This document shows, one piece after another, positions 9,732 to 20,085 of a stretch of 64,000 bases of DNA. Location of the stretch: assembly GCA_963668625.2 (NCBI GenBank), contig CAXXKA010000006.1, forward strand, positions 736,001 through 800,000, read 5' to 3'. Below the pieces are notes generated by a model. The model was not told the DNA's origin, ran no database searches, and was given only the letters and a program-made list of their open reading frames with translations. A program made the position numbers and the translations under genes. Position 1 is the stretch's first letter. The number at the start of each line of letters is the position of its first letter. The stretch is from an uncultured candidate division Zixibacteria bacterium. GTDB lineage: Bacteria > Zixibacteria > MSB-5A5 > UBA10806 > 4484-95.

Positions 9732-10274
9732 TTAATATGTCCCCTTGGGACCTTCCGGTATATCCTCCTTGAATGCCTTGTCTCCATTTGGTATGACTTT
9801 CTCGGTAAGCGGATTCCACCAACCGGTTAGGGTTGATGATCCTCCTTTGCCGTAGGAGTTAATATCCAATTTATTAAGCATGTTTTTACAGTGTTTACAG
9901 CAGGTGGCGTTTGCAGCAATAATGCCTTCCTTGTATTGGGTTTCCTTCATGGCTTTTTTAAACGCCTCGATCATGTTGGCCATATTATCGTCTTGCTTGA
10001 TATCCAGAGCTTTCTTCCAGGCATATACGATCATCATCTCAGCATGAAAACCCGTCATTTCACCGTAATTTCTGTTTATGCCTTCGCCGGTAATTGTTCG
10101 GGCGTCATTTACATCTATTGCCAGTTTTTCCGAAAGCGCTTTATTTTGAGTGCAGCCATAATATTCCCCGTCTCCATGTATCCCCAGCGCGGATGTTGGA
10201 TCTTTCTTTTCTCTTTTTCCAAATGATTTAATAACCTGATTCACTAGTGTCCGGTGTTTTTCGGTAAATGTCAA
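9732..10274 (-). CDS. Stand-alone Zn-dependent nucleic acid/nucleotide deaminase-fold protein
   Basis: FHAEMM...CCKHC fits the HxE...(P)CxxC deaminase signature. TTG start with RBS AAGGAG. Confidence 0.65.
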   Translation of the reverse strand: MTFTEKHRTLVNQVIKSFGKREKKDPTSALGIHGDGEYYGCTQNKALSEKLAIDVNDARTITGEGINRNYGEMTGFHAEMMIVYAWKKALDIKQDDNMANMIEAFKKAMKETQYKEGIIAANATCCKHCKNMLNKLDINSYGKGGSSTLTGWWNPLTEKVIPNGDKAFKEDIPEGPKGTY

Positions 10275-10816
10275 ATGTCTCCTTGGAATTGTCAGTAAAA
10301 AATATTTTCTGATATAATTATATATTCAGCGTATCATGCATCCTGACATGTCCTGTCGATGTTAGGCTTAGTTCCCTGGTTTCCAAGCGCTGCTTGGAAA
10401 CCATCTTGAGTCATGTAGAATAGGCATTCTGCCGGCAAACAAGTCACGTTGCGAAGCAGCGCTTCGCAACGAGATGGAAATTAGTCAATTGTACGTAAAT
10501 ATATATACGCAATAATCTATCTAAATGTATGTCAGATATGATTTACCATTGTCGAGCAAGCTAGACGATTGATTGTTATATATGTTCGCTAGTGTTTGGC
10601 CTCTGGTTAAAGTGCGACTCAGGATATCGTACCTTCCATCCTGAGTCATCGGGCCGGGATTAGTTTTGTTAAGATACGGTTGCACCTTACACTAACAGAA
10701 TGTGTCAGGATGAAAACGGAGCGACATGCTGAACATCTGACTATATCGAATAATAATCTTTATCAACGATTCCCACTGGAATCAAGCAATTGACCGGGAT
10801 ACACCGGACACTAGTG
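10242..10816. mobile_element. MITE family A, long copy (TIR CACTAGTGTCCGG), carrying REP hairpins
   Basis: Perfect 18-bp inverted repeat at 10240-10257 / 10801-10818. The first ~240 bp are homologous to 30021-30260 and, inverted, to 43931-44140. Confidence 0.8.
10616..10746. repeat. REP doublet (CTCAGGAT..ATCCTGAG plus GTCAGGATG..CTGAC), copy 1
   Basis: Perfect stem GACTCAGGAT/ATCCTGAGTC; both halves are homologous to 15504-15632. Confidence 0.65.
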
Positions 10817-10914
10817 AAATTTGCTATTTATTCTCTGAAATGTCAGCTTAGAATTATTTTACTCGAAAGGGAGCTAACGAGCCTATTATAAATCGAAAAG
10901 GCCGGAGCAGATAG

Positions 10915-10954
10915 AAAAAACGCCTGAACCTAGGCAATGGTGGTTCAGGCGTTT
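10915..10954 (-). terminator. Terminator of the malic enzyme gene
   Basis: AAACGCCTGAACC/GGTTCAGGCGTTT stem with an A-run. Confidence 0.75.
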
Positions 10955-10974
10955 GAAAATTCAGCGATTATCTA

Positions 10975-12354
10975 TTAATTTCCGAATGTAACGAACTTGT
11001 GAGGAATAGGGATAAATCCGGTATCCATCATGGTGCGAGTTAAACCGCGAGCTCTCGAAATTTTCTCGGCGGCTATTTTCAGAAGGTCATCCCTTGAGAG
11101 TATTTTCTTGGCAACACCCTGTTCGATAGCTTTCATACCTACGGCAGCAGCTTCGCGCGGGAAGACTTCCCAATCATCCATGGTGGGCAGCAGATGGTCT
11201 TGATCGAAACGTTTCTCGACCGCCAACTGGGCCAGTTCCTCGGCTGCCGCTATGCACATCTCATCAGTAATAGTCGTAGCAGCGACATCGAGCGTGCCGC
11301 GGAAAATACCAGGGAATCCAAGCGAGTTATTTACCTGGTTGGGGAAATCCGAACGTCCGGTAGCGACCACGCTGGCGCCGGCTTCTTTAGCTTCCCAGGG
11401 CCAGATTTCCGGGGTAGGATTGGCGCAAGCGAACACGATTGGACGCGAACCCATTTTCTTGACCCACTCGGGTTTGATAATACCGGGGCCGGGGGTGGAA
11501 AGCGCGATAACCGCATCGGCGCCTTTCATAGCCTCGGGAATGCCACCAGCGACATTGTCTCCATTGGTTATATTGCAGATATCCCATTTCTCGGGATAAT
11601 CCTTTTCGAGCTTCTCGGCATCTTCACGTTTGGTATGAAGAGTACCCTTAGAGTCGGTCATGATGATATTACCTGGGGTAACACCGGCTGTCATCAACAG
11701 TTTGGCGATACGATAGTTCGAAGCGCCGGCGCCAACCATGGCGATTTTCATTTCCGAAAGTTTTTTATCTACGATCCTGGCGGCATTAATCATACCGGCT
11801 ACGGTTACTGTCGCCGTGCCCTGCTGGTCATCATGCCAGATCGGAATACGAGCCTTCTCGCGGAGTTCGCGAAGGATACGGAAACATTTCGGCTGAGCGA
11901 TATCCTCGAGATTCACGCCACCGAAACTCGGTTGAAGATTCAGAACTATATCGATGATCTTATCGGGATCTTTCGTGTCGAGCATGATAGGGAATACATC
12001 CACTGCTCCGAGATATTTAAACAGCAGCGATTTGCCTTCCATAACAGGTAAACCTGCCTCAGGGCCGATATCGCCTAATCCAAGCACACGAGTTCCATCG
12101 GAAATGACAGCCACAGTGTTGCCTTTGTTAGTGTGTTCATACACCTTATCCGGGTTGTCGCGAATATCCAGACAGGGCTTAGCAACGCCCGGGCTGTACC
12201 AGATTGCGAAATCTGAGTAATCACGGATACAAGCCTTGGGCACGACTTCGATTTTGCCTTTGTAAAAGGGGTGAAGTTTCATTGCCTCGACGCCGGGTTG
12301 ATCGGCTTTAGCTAACATCTGATCTTTTTTATTCATCGCGTTTTTGCCTTTCAT
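10975..12354 (-). CDS. NAD(P)-dependent malic enzyme
   Basis: [36 protein letters not shown] and [13 protein letters not shown] motifs. Confidence 0.95.
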   Translation of the reverse strand: MKGKNAMNKKDQMLAKADQPGVEAMKLHPFYKGKIEVVPKACIRDYSDFAIWYSPGVAKPCLDIRDNPDKVYEHTNKGNTVAVISDGTRVLGLGDIGPEAGLPVMEGKSLLFKYLGAVDVFPIMLDTKDPDKIIDIVLNLQPSFGGVNLEDIAQPKCFRILRELREKARIPIWHDDQQGTATVTVAGMINAARIVDKKLSEMKIAMVGAGASNYRIAKLLMTAGVTPGNIIMTDSKGTLHTKREDAEKLEKDYPEKWDICNITNGDNVAGGIPEAMKGADAVIALSTPGPGIIKPEWVKKMGSRPIVFACANPTPEIWPWEAKEAGASVVATGRSDFPNQVNNSLGFPGIFRGTLDVAATTITDEMCIAAAEELAQLAVEKRFDQDHLLPTMDDWEVFPREAAAVGMKAIEQGVAKKILSRDDLLKIAAEKISRARGLTRTMMDTGFIPIPHKFVTFGN

Positions 12355-12469
12355 CTATCAAACGGATAACAAAAGAATATGCAAACAAGGCGCTAAAATA
12401 TGCTAATTTTCGCCATTATGCAAAGGTTTTTTGTGTTATTCTTATATGATAATGTAGTCCTTAACATAC

Positions 12470-12497
12470 AAAAAGGCCGACCTGATGGTCGGCCTTT
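12470..12497 (-). terminator. Terminator of the arylsulfotransferase gene
   Basis: AAAGGCCGACC/GGTCGGCCTTT stem with an A-run. Confidence 0.75.
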
Positions 12498-12599
12498 GCC
12501 GGTTTCAGGCAACTAGTGATATTTCTTCCTTGCACCGGCATTAATTAACATCCGATCGATAATTAACCGATCCAATGTAATTCTTATCTTAAAACGTTT

Positions 12600-14684
12600 T
12601 TAATACCCGTATGGCGGCGTGTCCTCACACCAGGTGATCGAGTTTATTGCCCGGAAATAGTTCACCAGGTATGTGACATCAGCGCCTATCACAATGCAGT
12701 CACCATTAACATCAGCTGCTGCATATAACCATTCACTTTCATCAGCGTTCCAGCAACTATCAACCGGTACAGCCATACCTCTGAAATAATTCACCAGTAC
12801 TGTGACATCAGCGCCGATTACCACCTCATCACCGTTAACATCCCCGGGCATATATAGATTTGGCATAGAAATCGAGACCTCATTTGAATAGTTGCCCTCG
12901 ATGCCAACATAGTCGACTCCCGTTACCCTGAAATTATAAGTAACACCATAACTCAGATCCGTAAGAAAGTAGTAGTTTTGGGTAGTGGTATCCAGGATGG
13001 TGGTTGGTTCGGGGCTATCATCCATATAGATAATATAGTCGGTTATGGCCATGTCTCCCCACTGGTTGAACATCAAATGAATTCCCTGATCGGTTTGCTC
13101 GGCCAATAAATCTGGTCGTGAGGCGATTCCAGTCCAGGGGAATTTTTTAAATCTGTAGGTATTGCTTACCCTGGTTGTGTCAAAATCCAGTTCCGTGACA
13201 ACCGAACCGTCACTTGCCACCTCTGTCATATCCATTGCCGCGTTACCGCCCCAGCCAATCAGGGTATTGCCGTTTGCCAGTCTTTGTACGCTACCCATGA
13301 AAGGAGAGGAAAGATCCGGATTATGCCTGAATTCCCAAACCTGTGTGCAAATATAATTGACTTCATCCAACTCATATTCCACCGCTCTCGAAAAAGCCGG
13401 AGTATGACAATTGCCATTATCGAATATGGCGATGTTGCCGTTATCCATGAAAGTCACACCATGCTGTTTGCAGAAACCGCTGGAATCATCAACTATCGTG
13501 AACATATTATTCTGAGCGTGCGCACCCAATCTCCAAAGGATATCTCCGGTATTGCGATCGACTTTAATGATCTCATCCGAATTCCTGAAAGAAAAAAGCA
13601 AGTTCCCGTCATTGTCAATGTCAGTCGCATTCCAATGGCAATAGTCGAGTCTGGCGCCCGTAAAATCCAGGTCGTTACCATCGAAAATACTGATATAGTC
13701 CCAAGAACGCCATTCCATGACCACGTTACCCAGGGAATCCAACTCTTGATGTACGAACCCGGTTACCTGGCAGAGTGAATCACCCCCGGCTATACTATCG
13801 CTCAAATCGACTATCTGCACATCGTAGCAGCCCAGGTGGATATGAAAATCATCATCGATTTTACAATCATGGATGTCCAATTCATAGCCAACCATTTCGA
13901 ATGAGTCGCGAACCGTATATGTTTGATCCATAATGAAAGCTCGTGATATATGGTTGGGATCGAAATAACTGTTAGTCATATAAGTTAACAAGCCATTATC
14001 CTGTTTCTTGAAATCCCAGGCTTGTCCCTCGATTTTTCTCATGAAAACCGGTGTTCCGTCATTCTCCATAATTAAAGCGTAGCCGGATGGCATGAAAGTA
14101 TTCATAGCATAGCCGGAGAATATATACCCGGGCGCGGGTGAACCGACAACATCTGTCCAGATATTTGGGAAATCCGATGGGTAATTAGGATCGTCATTGA
14201 GGATGACATCATTAAAATCATCATTATGGAGATTATTCGATTCGACTTCCAATGTCAGCGACGGATTATCATACGTTTGATATTCTTGTTTCGGTGAGAC
14301 CGTAAATTCGTATTTGAAATCCTTGCTCCGATCCGAGCCACGAGATTTTAAACCATTATCAATGACAATTGCTACGCGTTCACCCGGCTCGAAAGCCGTA
14401 TGGGGGACGATATTCAATGTTTTGTTATCAAGAGCGGTTTTAACATCGTAGGAATGCTTGCCGCTCTGTTCTCCCTCGATATATACCGGATCGTTTCTAT
14501 CGAAACTGTAGTGAGAGAGATTATCACCGGGACGAATTATTATATAAGATCCTTTGTTCACCAACTTCGCGTTCGGTTTTGGACTTAAATATTGAAAAGC
14601 ATCTCGGTAGCTTTCGGCATTAACTATACCGGAAGCCAGTAGAATAAATACCATCATCAGCATCGATAAATGACGTTTTTGCAT
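12600..14684 (-). CDS. Secreted arylsulfotransferase (ASST)-family beta-propeller with FN3 and dockerin-like domains
   Basis: Signal peptide; DYCHWNA, SFRN, QHG, FDNG, SRAVEY and GSVQRLANGNTLIGWG; FN3 (YNFRVTGVD); two GDVN/ADVN..IGADVT.LVNYFR repeats. Confidence 0.88.
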   Translation of the reverse strand: MQKRHLSMLMMVFILLASGIVNAESYRDAFQYLSPKPNAKLVNKGSYIIIRPGDNLSHYSFDRNDPVYIEGEQSGKHSYDVKTALDNKTLNIVPHTAFEPGERVAIVIDNGLKSRGSDRSKDFKYEFTVSPKQEYQTYDNPSLTLEVESNNLHNDDFNDVILNDDPNYPSDFPNIWTDVVGSPAPGYIFSGYAMNTFMPSGYALIMENDGTPVFMRKIEGQAWDFKKQDNGLLTYMTNSYFDPNHISRAFIMDQTYTVRDSFEMVGYELDIHDCKIDDDFHIHLGCYDVQIVDLSDSIAGGDSLCQVTGFVHQELDSLGNVVMEWRSWDYISIFDGNDLDFTGARLDYCHWNATDIDNDGNLLFSFRNSDEIIKVDRNTGDILWRLGAHAQNNMFTIVDDSSGFCKQHGVTFMDNGNIAIFDNGNCHTPAFSRAVEYELDEVNYICTQVWEFRHNPDLSSPFMGSVQRLANGNTLIGWGGNAAMDMTEVASDGSVVTELDFDTTRVSNTYRFKKFPWTGIASRPDLLAEQTDQGIHLMFNQWGDMAITDYIIYMDDSPEPTTILDTTTQNYYFLTDLSYGVTYNFRVTGVDYVGIEGNYSNEVSISMPNLYMPGDVNGDEVVIGADVTVLVNYFRGMAVPVDSCWNADESEWLYAAADVNGDCIVIGADVTYLVNYFRAINSITWCEDTPPYGY

Positions 14685-14871
14685 GAGGTGGGCTCCTTCA
14701 AGGTTTAATAATGGATAAAATTAAATGTTATGCTTTGTTTTCATGAGATTCGATCACCGCGAATCGTAACTCCATATGTGTAAATTCTGGTATCACTTCA
14801 AACAAGAAGTATTAACCATAACATAATGATATGTTTTGTTTTGTCAATATTAAAATGACTCCTGTCAGCTA

Positions 14872-15397
14872 TTTATTTGATCCCAAAAAAACACCGGTTT
14901 ACCCGGTGTGTACGTTTGAGGCGAAGCATTTGCAGAAAATTTTATTATCCACAGCGATGACTGATTTTCTCAATAGCGTCACTATCCTATATCTGTTATT
15001 ACCTTGTAGGGGATTGTTGAAAGAGTCCTTGTTGGATGACGGTGGTGTCAGGAATCCATTCCTGACACCTGATTTCATGCGGCATATCGCCGGGAAAGGA
15101 TTAACAACGGACTTCGTCCGCCCAGCGACTCCTGCAAATGGCTTTTTCAACAACCCCGGATGAGGTAATTCAGTACGGCCTTTTTTTTTATAGCACTACA
15201 CTCTATTTCTATTAAGTTAGCTTATATGGAGGGGAGACAAAACGAAGCTTTTAGAATACGGTGGGTTACAAAATCGGAGTTTTGCAGCCAATAAGCCGAT
15301 TCCCCAACTCCTGGATCCTGAATCAAGTTCAGGATGATATAGTCGGTTTAAGCCTGCAGAATAAAGGTCACCGGCCCTGTAACCGGTGGCAGTTTAC
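14872..15397 (+). repeat. ~520-bp composite intergenic block, copy A
   Basis: Colinear diverged direct repeat of 16403-16902. Contains MITE B and the REP GGATCCTGAATCAAGTTCAGGATGA. Confidence 0.9.
15010..15157. mobile_element. MITE family B (~148 bp; TIR GGGGTTGTTGAAAAAG, IS1182/IS5-like ends)
   Basis: Ends GGGATTGTTGAAAGAG ... CTTTTTCAACAACCCC; internal hairpin GGTGTCAGGAAT/ATTCCTGACACC. Confidence 0.85.
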
Positions 15398-15503
15398 TAG
15401 AGCATAAATATATGCAGAAATAACTATATTGTTCATTGCTGCTTAATGAGTTATTAACCGTTTATGCCAGTGACTGGCCTTTAGCAATAGTAACTGAAAT
15501 AAT

Positions 15504-15632
15504 CCTCAGGATGTCGCATCTTCCATTCTGAGGCATCAGGTTCGAAGGCGATATTGCAATATATAACTCATGTATATGGGAAGAGGTTAAGTCAGGATGC
15601 AAGCGAAGGGACATCATGACACGCTGACTATC
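15504..15632. repeat. REP doublet, copy 2
   Basis: Homologous to 10616-10746. Confidence 0.6.
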
Positions 15633-15815
15633 TAATTCTTTGAAAAATAATTCTTGTAGATGATGCTCTGCTGGATAACTAAATTGATATCAAAAATCCG
15701 AACATCTGTGAACCAAATTTATTAATTACAAAGTATATTTCAATTGACGACTTACCGATATATGAGTATAATTATGTAAAATAACGGATGATCATAACTG
15801 CTACAGGAGGGCGAA

Positions 15816-16346
15816 ATGCGTTTTAAGATTACGGTTGTAATTGCTTTATTAGCGTTAACTATCGTCTGGGCGGATTCCGGAGAACATAAATATGTCGGGG
15901 TCAGCAAGTGTAAAACCTGCCATAAAATAAAAAAATATGGCAATCAATATGGCATTTGGGAGAAAGGTCCTCATGCCAATGCTTTTAAGGTTTTAGCGAG
16001 CGAGCAATCGTTGAAAATTGCCAAAGAGATGGGCATAGAGGATCCGCAAAAAAGCGAGAAATGCTTAACCTGCCATGTTACCGCTTTCGGCGTGGCAGAT
16101 AGCATGAAAGCGAAAACCTTCACTATGGAGGAGGGGATCGGCTGTGAATCCTGTCACGGCGCCGGCGCCGACTACCTGATGATGTCAACCATGAAGAATG
16201 TCGAAAAGGCGATTGCCTCGGGATTAATTTTTCCGACCGAGGAGACCTGTTTGACATGCCATAACGAGAATAGCCCGACCTTCAAACCATTCGATTTCGA
16301 AGTCAGAGTAAAAGAGATCGCTCACCCTCGACCTGCATCGGAATAA
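15816..16346 (+). CDS. Periplasmic tetraheme cytochrome c (c554-like)
   Basis: Signal peptide; four CxxCH motifs (CKTCH, CLTCH, CESCH, CLTCH); YVG..C, W....HA.A and EGIGCESCHG.G..Y. Confidence 0.92.
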   Translation: MRFKITVVIALLALTIVWADSGEHKYVGVSKCKTCHKIKKYGNQYGIWEKGPHANAFKVLASEQSLKIAKEMGIEDPQKSEKCLTCHVTAFGVADSMKAKTFTMEEGIGCESCHGAGADYLMMSTMKNVEKAIASGLIFPTEETCLTCHNENSPTFKPFDFEVRVKEIAHPRPASE

Positions 16347-16374
16347 GTATCAGCTATCAATTGATCGGAAGTCA

Positions 16375-16405
16375 AGAGGGGCGTTCGTTTGGACGCCCTC
16401 TTTTT
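16375..16405 (+). terminator. Rho-independent terminator
   Basis: GGGCGTTC/GGACGCCC stem plus a T-run; similar in sequence to the terminator at 1451. Confidence 0.8.
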
Positions 16406-16902
16406 ATTGATCCTAAAAACTACCGACTTATACGGTGTGTACGTTTAAAGCGAAATATTTGTAGAAAGTTTTATTAACAGCAGCGACAACTGATTTTCTC
16501 AATAGCGTCACTATCCTTTATCTGTCCTTACCTCGGAGGGGCTTGTTGAAAAAGTACTTGTTGGATGACGGTGGTGTCAGGAATCCATTCCTGACACCTG
16601 ATTTCATGCGGCATGTCGCCGGGAAAGGATGAACAAAGGACTTCGTCCGCCCAGCGACTCATGCAAATGGCTTTTTCAACAACCCCGGAGGAGGTAATAC
16701 AGTTCGGTCTTTTCTTTTTAATTAGCTTAAATGGAGGGGAGACAAAACAAAGTTTTAGAATACTGTGGGTTACAAAATCGGAGTTTTGTAACCAGTACAG
16801 CCTTTCCCCAACCCCTGGATCCTGAATCAAGTTAAGGATGACACAGCCTGCTTAAACCGGCTGGATAAAAGCCACCGACTCTGCGGCCGGTGGTAGGATA
16901 CT
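16403..16902 (+). repeat. ~500-bp composite intergenic block, copy B
   Basis: Diverged direct repeat of 14872-15397. Confidence 0.9.
16539..16686. mobile_element. MITE family B with GGAG target duplication
   Basis: GGAG|GGGCTTGTTGAAAAAG...CTTTTTCAACAACCCC|GGAG, sitting inside the palindrome TTACCTC/GAGGTAA. Confidence 0.88.
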
Positions 16903-16967
16903 GATCCTGAAAAGCCCGTTACCGGTGGTACTCTATTTAGCATATTTCGTTGCTGATCCGATTTGAG

Positions 16968-18947
16968 TTATTGAATGATTTTTCCATCATCGGTTGAATC
17001 CTGTTTCGGCTTATCCGTTATTTCCGTATCACGAGTATCGTCCTGTTTTTCGCTTTCGGGGACATTCTCGTGTTCGTGCTCGAACATATCCTCAGGCATC
17101 TTGCCGTTTATCCACGAGGGATTCATCGGGTATACCGAGGGGCTGAACACGGTAGAATACATATGCCAGATTAAAATAGCCAGCGTTGCCAGCCAGGCCT
17201 CGTAATAATGAATTACCAGCATGACATCGAGGAAGCCTTTAGGGAACCATTGTACTGCGATATTCTCGAACCAGAGGAAGAAACCGCTGGCAATCATAAC
17301 AGCCGAGCCCCAGACCAATGCCCAGTACTCCGCTTTCTCCACATAGCTGAATCGCCCGAATTTCGGCCGTTCTTTTCTGCTACCCATATTGAATTTGATC
17401 ATCCTGCCGAATTGAGCGAAATCTTTTATGGAGGGGAACATGTCGATCAAGAATCTTTTGCCGCGACGAGTCATCAGAAAAACCGTATGCCAGATAACGG
17501 TGAAGATAAACACTCCGGCGGCAACTCTGTGAATAATTCCGCGCAGAGGGAATCCGCCCTCCCAGCCGAACAGGAGCTGTACCCAGCCCGATTCGGCGAA
17601 TCGTAACGAGAAACCGGTCAGTACCAGTACTATGAATGAGACAGTCAATAGCGCGTGCTGCGCCACCTCACCCGGCATCATGCGCCTGACCTGTTTTTTG
17701 GAAAGCACTAATGCTATTTGCTTACGGAGGTCGATTATCCAATGCACCACCATCGTACCGATAATCAGTATTATCGCCAGTATATAAATCTTGGCAATTA
17801 TATTGGCTATAGGAGTGCTCGACATCCCCGGAGTACCGTGAATAGGCGTGCTGGCGATAGATTCGGATATGCCGGGATGGCAATGTCCGCAGGTATTTTG
17901 AAGATTCTGTTGGTTTATCGAGGAGGCGGGATCGGTATGCGGCAGTATTTTGTGCGCGCCATGACATGAGGCGCAGTTGGCAACCGTGATATCGCCCGCC
18001 CGGCTTTTCAAACCGTGATAACTATCCACCCAGGTTTTCAACCGTCCCGTTGGTATATCGTATTTCTCGTTTAGCCTTGCCGATTCGTGACATGGGGAGC
18101 AGGTCGCCTCGGCAACTCGAGCTGGGGAGACGGGCGAACGCGGATCTTTCGGCGATAGTATACCATGCTCACCGTGGCAGTCGGTACAGACCGGTGAATC
18201 GGTTTCGCCACGATTGACCAGTTTGCCGTGAATACCATCCCAGTAGTCATTAGCAATACTCGTATGGCATTTACCACAGGTGTTAGGAATGTTGAAATGA
18301 TTTATCGATGAGGTCCTGTCTTTCGGTGATAGAATTTTATGCGCGGTGTTATCCGAGGAATGGCAATCGTTACAGGTGGCAGCCATGCTCAGTCCTCCCC
18401 AGGCGGCTTTGCCGTGGACACTGCTTCCGTAAACCTTAATCGGTTTGGCCACTAATATGTCGTGCTTTTTGATGATATCGAGATTCTCATGGCACGAACC
18501 GCAGGTCTGGGGCAAGTTGCGGGGGTTGATCCGGGAATTATTTTCTGCTGAGTTTAATATATCATGTTTGCCGTGACAGTCGGCACAATCCGGTATATCG
18601 GGATCCTCGCCAGCTTTCAGTCGCCCATGCCACTTGTAGACCTCGCCCGCTTCCTCGTGGCAGGTCACACAATTCACCGGAGGTAAATTCTCCTCGTGTG
18701 GAACATCCTCGATACTCGAATGGCAATCTATACATTCGAAACCGGCATGCGATGAATAATCGTATGTTTCAAGACTAACATATAATGATATTTCTCGTCC
18801 GTGCTCATCCTCGGTGGCGAAATCCCGTTCGCCGTGACAGTCCAGGCAATCGCTATTGCTCAGAGCCATCACCGCTGTCGGAAGTATCAATACGTAAATT
18901 AATACCGAATGTATAATGGCGCCTTTCTTACTCAGGAAATCCCCCAC
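16968..18947 (-). CDS. CbcL-like inner-membrane multiheme cytochrome c fused to a cytochrome b (FdnI-like) domain
   Basis: Eleven CxxCH motifs followed by transmembrane helices with QH..L..SF, IHR.A, FGRFSYVEKAEYWALVWG, IHYYEAWLA and WHMY. Confidence 0.92.
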   Translation of the reverse strand: MGDFLSKKGAIIHSVLIYVLILPTAVMALSNSDCLDCHGERDFATEDEHGREISLYVSLETYDYSSHAGFECIDCHSSIEDVPHEENLPPVNCVTCHEEAGEVYKWHGRLKAGEDPDIPDCADCHGKHDILNSAENNSRINPRNLPQTCGSCHENLDIIKKHDILVAKPIKVYGSSVHGKAAWGGLSMAATCNDCHSSDNTAHKILSPKDRTSSINHFNIPNTCGKCHTSIANDYWDGIHGKLVNRGETDSPVCTDCHGEHGILSPKDPRSPVSPARVAEATCSPCHESARLNEKYDIPTGRLKTWVDSYHGLKSRAGDITVANCASCHGAHKILPHTDPASSINQQNLQNTCGHCHPGISESIASTPIHGTPGMSSTPIANIIAKIYILAIILIIGTMVVHWIIDLRKQIALVLSKKQVRRMMPGEVAQHALLTVSFIVLVLTGFSLRFAESGWVQLLFGWEGGFPLRGIIHRVAAGVFIFTVIWHTVFLMTRRGKRFLIDMFPSIKDFAQFGRMIKFNMGSRKERPKFGRFSYVEKAEYWALVWGSAVMIASGFFLWFENIAVQWFPKGFLDVMLVIHYYEAWLATLAILIWHMYSTVFSPSVYPMNPSWINGKMPEDMFEHEHENVPESEKQDDTRDTEITDKPKQDSTDDGKIIQ

Positions 18948-19153
18948 ATTAAATCTTTCCTATTCTGGCAGTTGTGAATGCTTTCACTTATTTATCGTCG
19001 TTATTTGTAATCAATAAAATTCAATCTTGAAAATATGTCAATACTTTTACTAACATTTTTTACAGTATCGTTAGAAATCAAAATCAATACCTCTTTTTTT
19101 AACATATTACTATACAAAAAGATATAGTATGAGAAGTCAAGTCAAAATATTTC

Positions 19154-19209
19154 TTGACGATAATAGTAAAAGATTATAGATTGTCTTGTAAGTAAGTATT
19201 CACTTACTT
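19154..19209 (+). promoter_or_regulatory. Sigma70-type promoter and palindromic operator for the tetR gene
   Basis: TTGACG (19154)-17 bp-TAGATT (19177), followed by the palindrome AAGTAAGT-attc-ACTTACTT (19190-19209). Confidence 0.7.
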
Positions 19210-19247
19210 TATTATAGCTAACGATGAGGATGAATTAGAGGGAATAT

Positions 19248-19841
19248 ATGGTAGTTAACAGGAAAGAACAGATCGTAAAGAAGGCAATGATGCTGTTCGC
19301 TAAAGATGGCTATGAGAAAGTTACCACGAATGTTATTGCTAAAAAATGCAATATTTCAGAGGCTGCATTATATAATCATTTTAAATCGAAAGAGGCTATA
19401 TACTCGGCCGTATTGAAATCAATTCAGGATATCAACTCGACCGAGGAGGAACTCGATAAACTAAAACCGGAAATGGATATTGAAAATCTATTGGCGGGTT
19501 TAGCCGGATACATTACCTCGGACTATTGCCAAAAAAGCAAAGTCATACGCCTGTTGATGTATTCCTCTTTGCAGGGACATAAGCTTGCCAGGGAGGTGTA
19601 TTCTTCGTTGCGTATGCCGTATATAGAATTTCTTTCGGGAAAACTCAGAGCGATGATTAAAGATGGCTTGTTATTGAATGTAAATCCTCAAATCACCGCC
19701 CGATGTTTCGTGGGGATGGTATTCGATTGCGTCATGAATTCGATATTATGGAAAGGAATGTTGGGCAGGGAATACAGTCATGAGACAGTTCTGAAAAACA
19801 ACGTTCCTGTTTTTGCCCGGGGTTTGGTTAAATCGGGTTAA
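19248..19841 (+). CDS. TetR/AcrR family regulator
   Basis: HTH RKEQIV..A..LF...GYE.VT...IA....ISEAALYNHFKSKE. Confidence 0.95.
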   Translation: MVVNRKEQIVKKAMMLFAKDGYEKVTTNVIAKKCNISEAALYNHFKSKEAIYSAVLKSIQDINSTEEELDKLKPEMDIENLLAGLAGYITSDYCQKSKVIRLLMYSSLQGHKLAREVYSSLRMPYIEFLSGKLRAMIKDGLLLNVNPQITARCFVGMVFDCVMNSILWKGMLGREYSHETVLKNNVPVFARGLVKSG

Positions 19842-20085
19842 AGTAAATTCCGTTTAGTGTAAAGTAGGAGATACGAGAAAATACTTGTATTGCACCGACG
19901 GAGTTATTACAATATAGTAAATATAACAACACCGACAAATTCGCATCATAGGGGAGGCTAATATTGCTGTCCGGATTTACCGGATGGGCTTGATGAATAG
20001 TGTGCGCGAGTTGGGTATCAAACAAAAAGCATAGACTTTAATGAATTCCGTAAACGGATAAAGACGTTAATGTGCTGACCAATAA

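Noticed and set aside
11194-12051. 285-aa plus-strand ORF
   Set aside because: Entirely antisense to the malic enzyme gene; a codon-bias shadow.
14831-16830. Short ORFs 14831-15163, 14899-15153, 16528-16830 and 16613-16825
   Set aside because: They run through MITE B and the duplicated blocks, their frames are not conserved between copies, and they have no transposase motifs.
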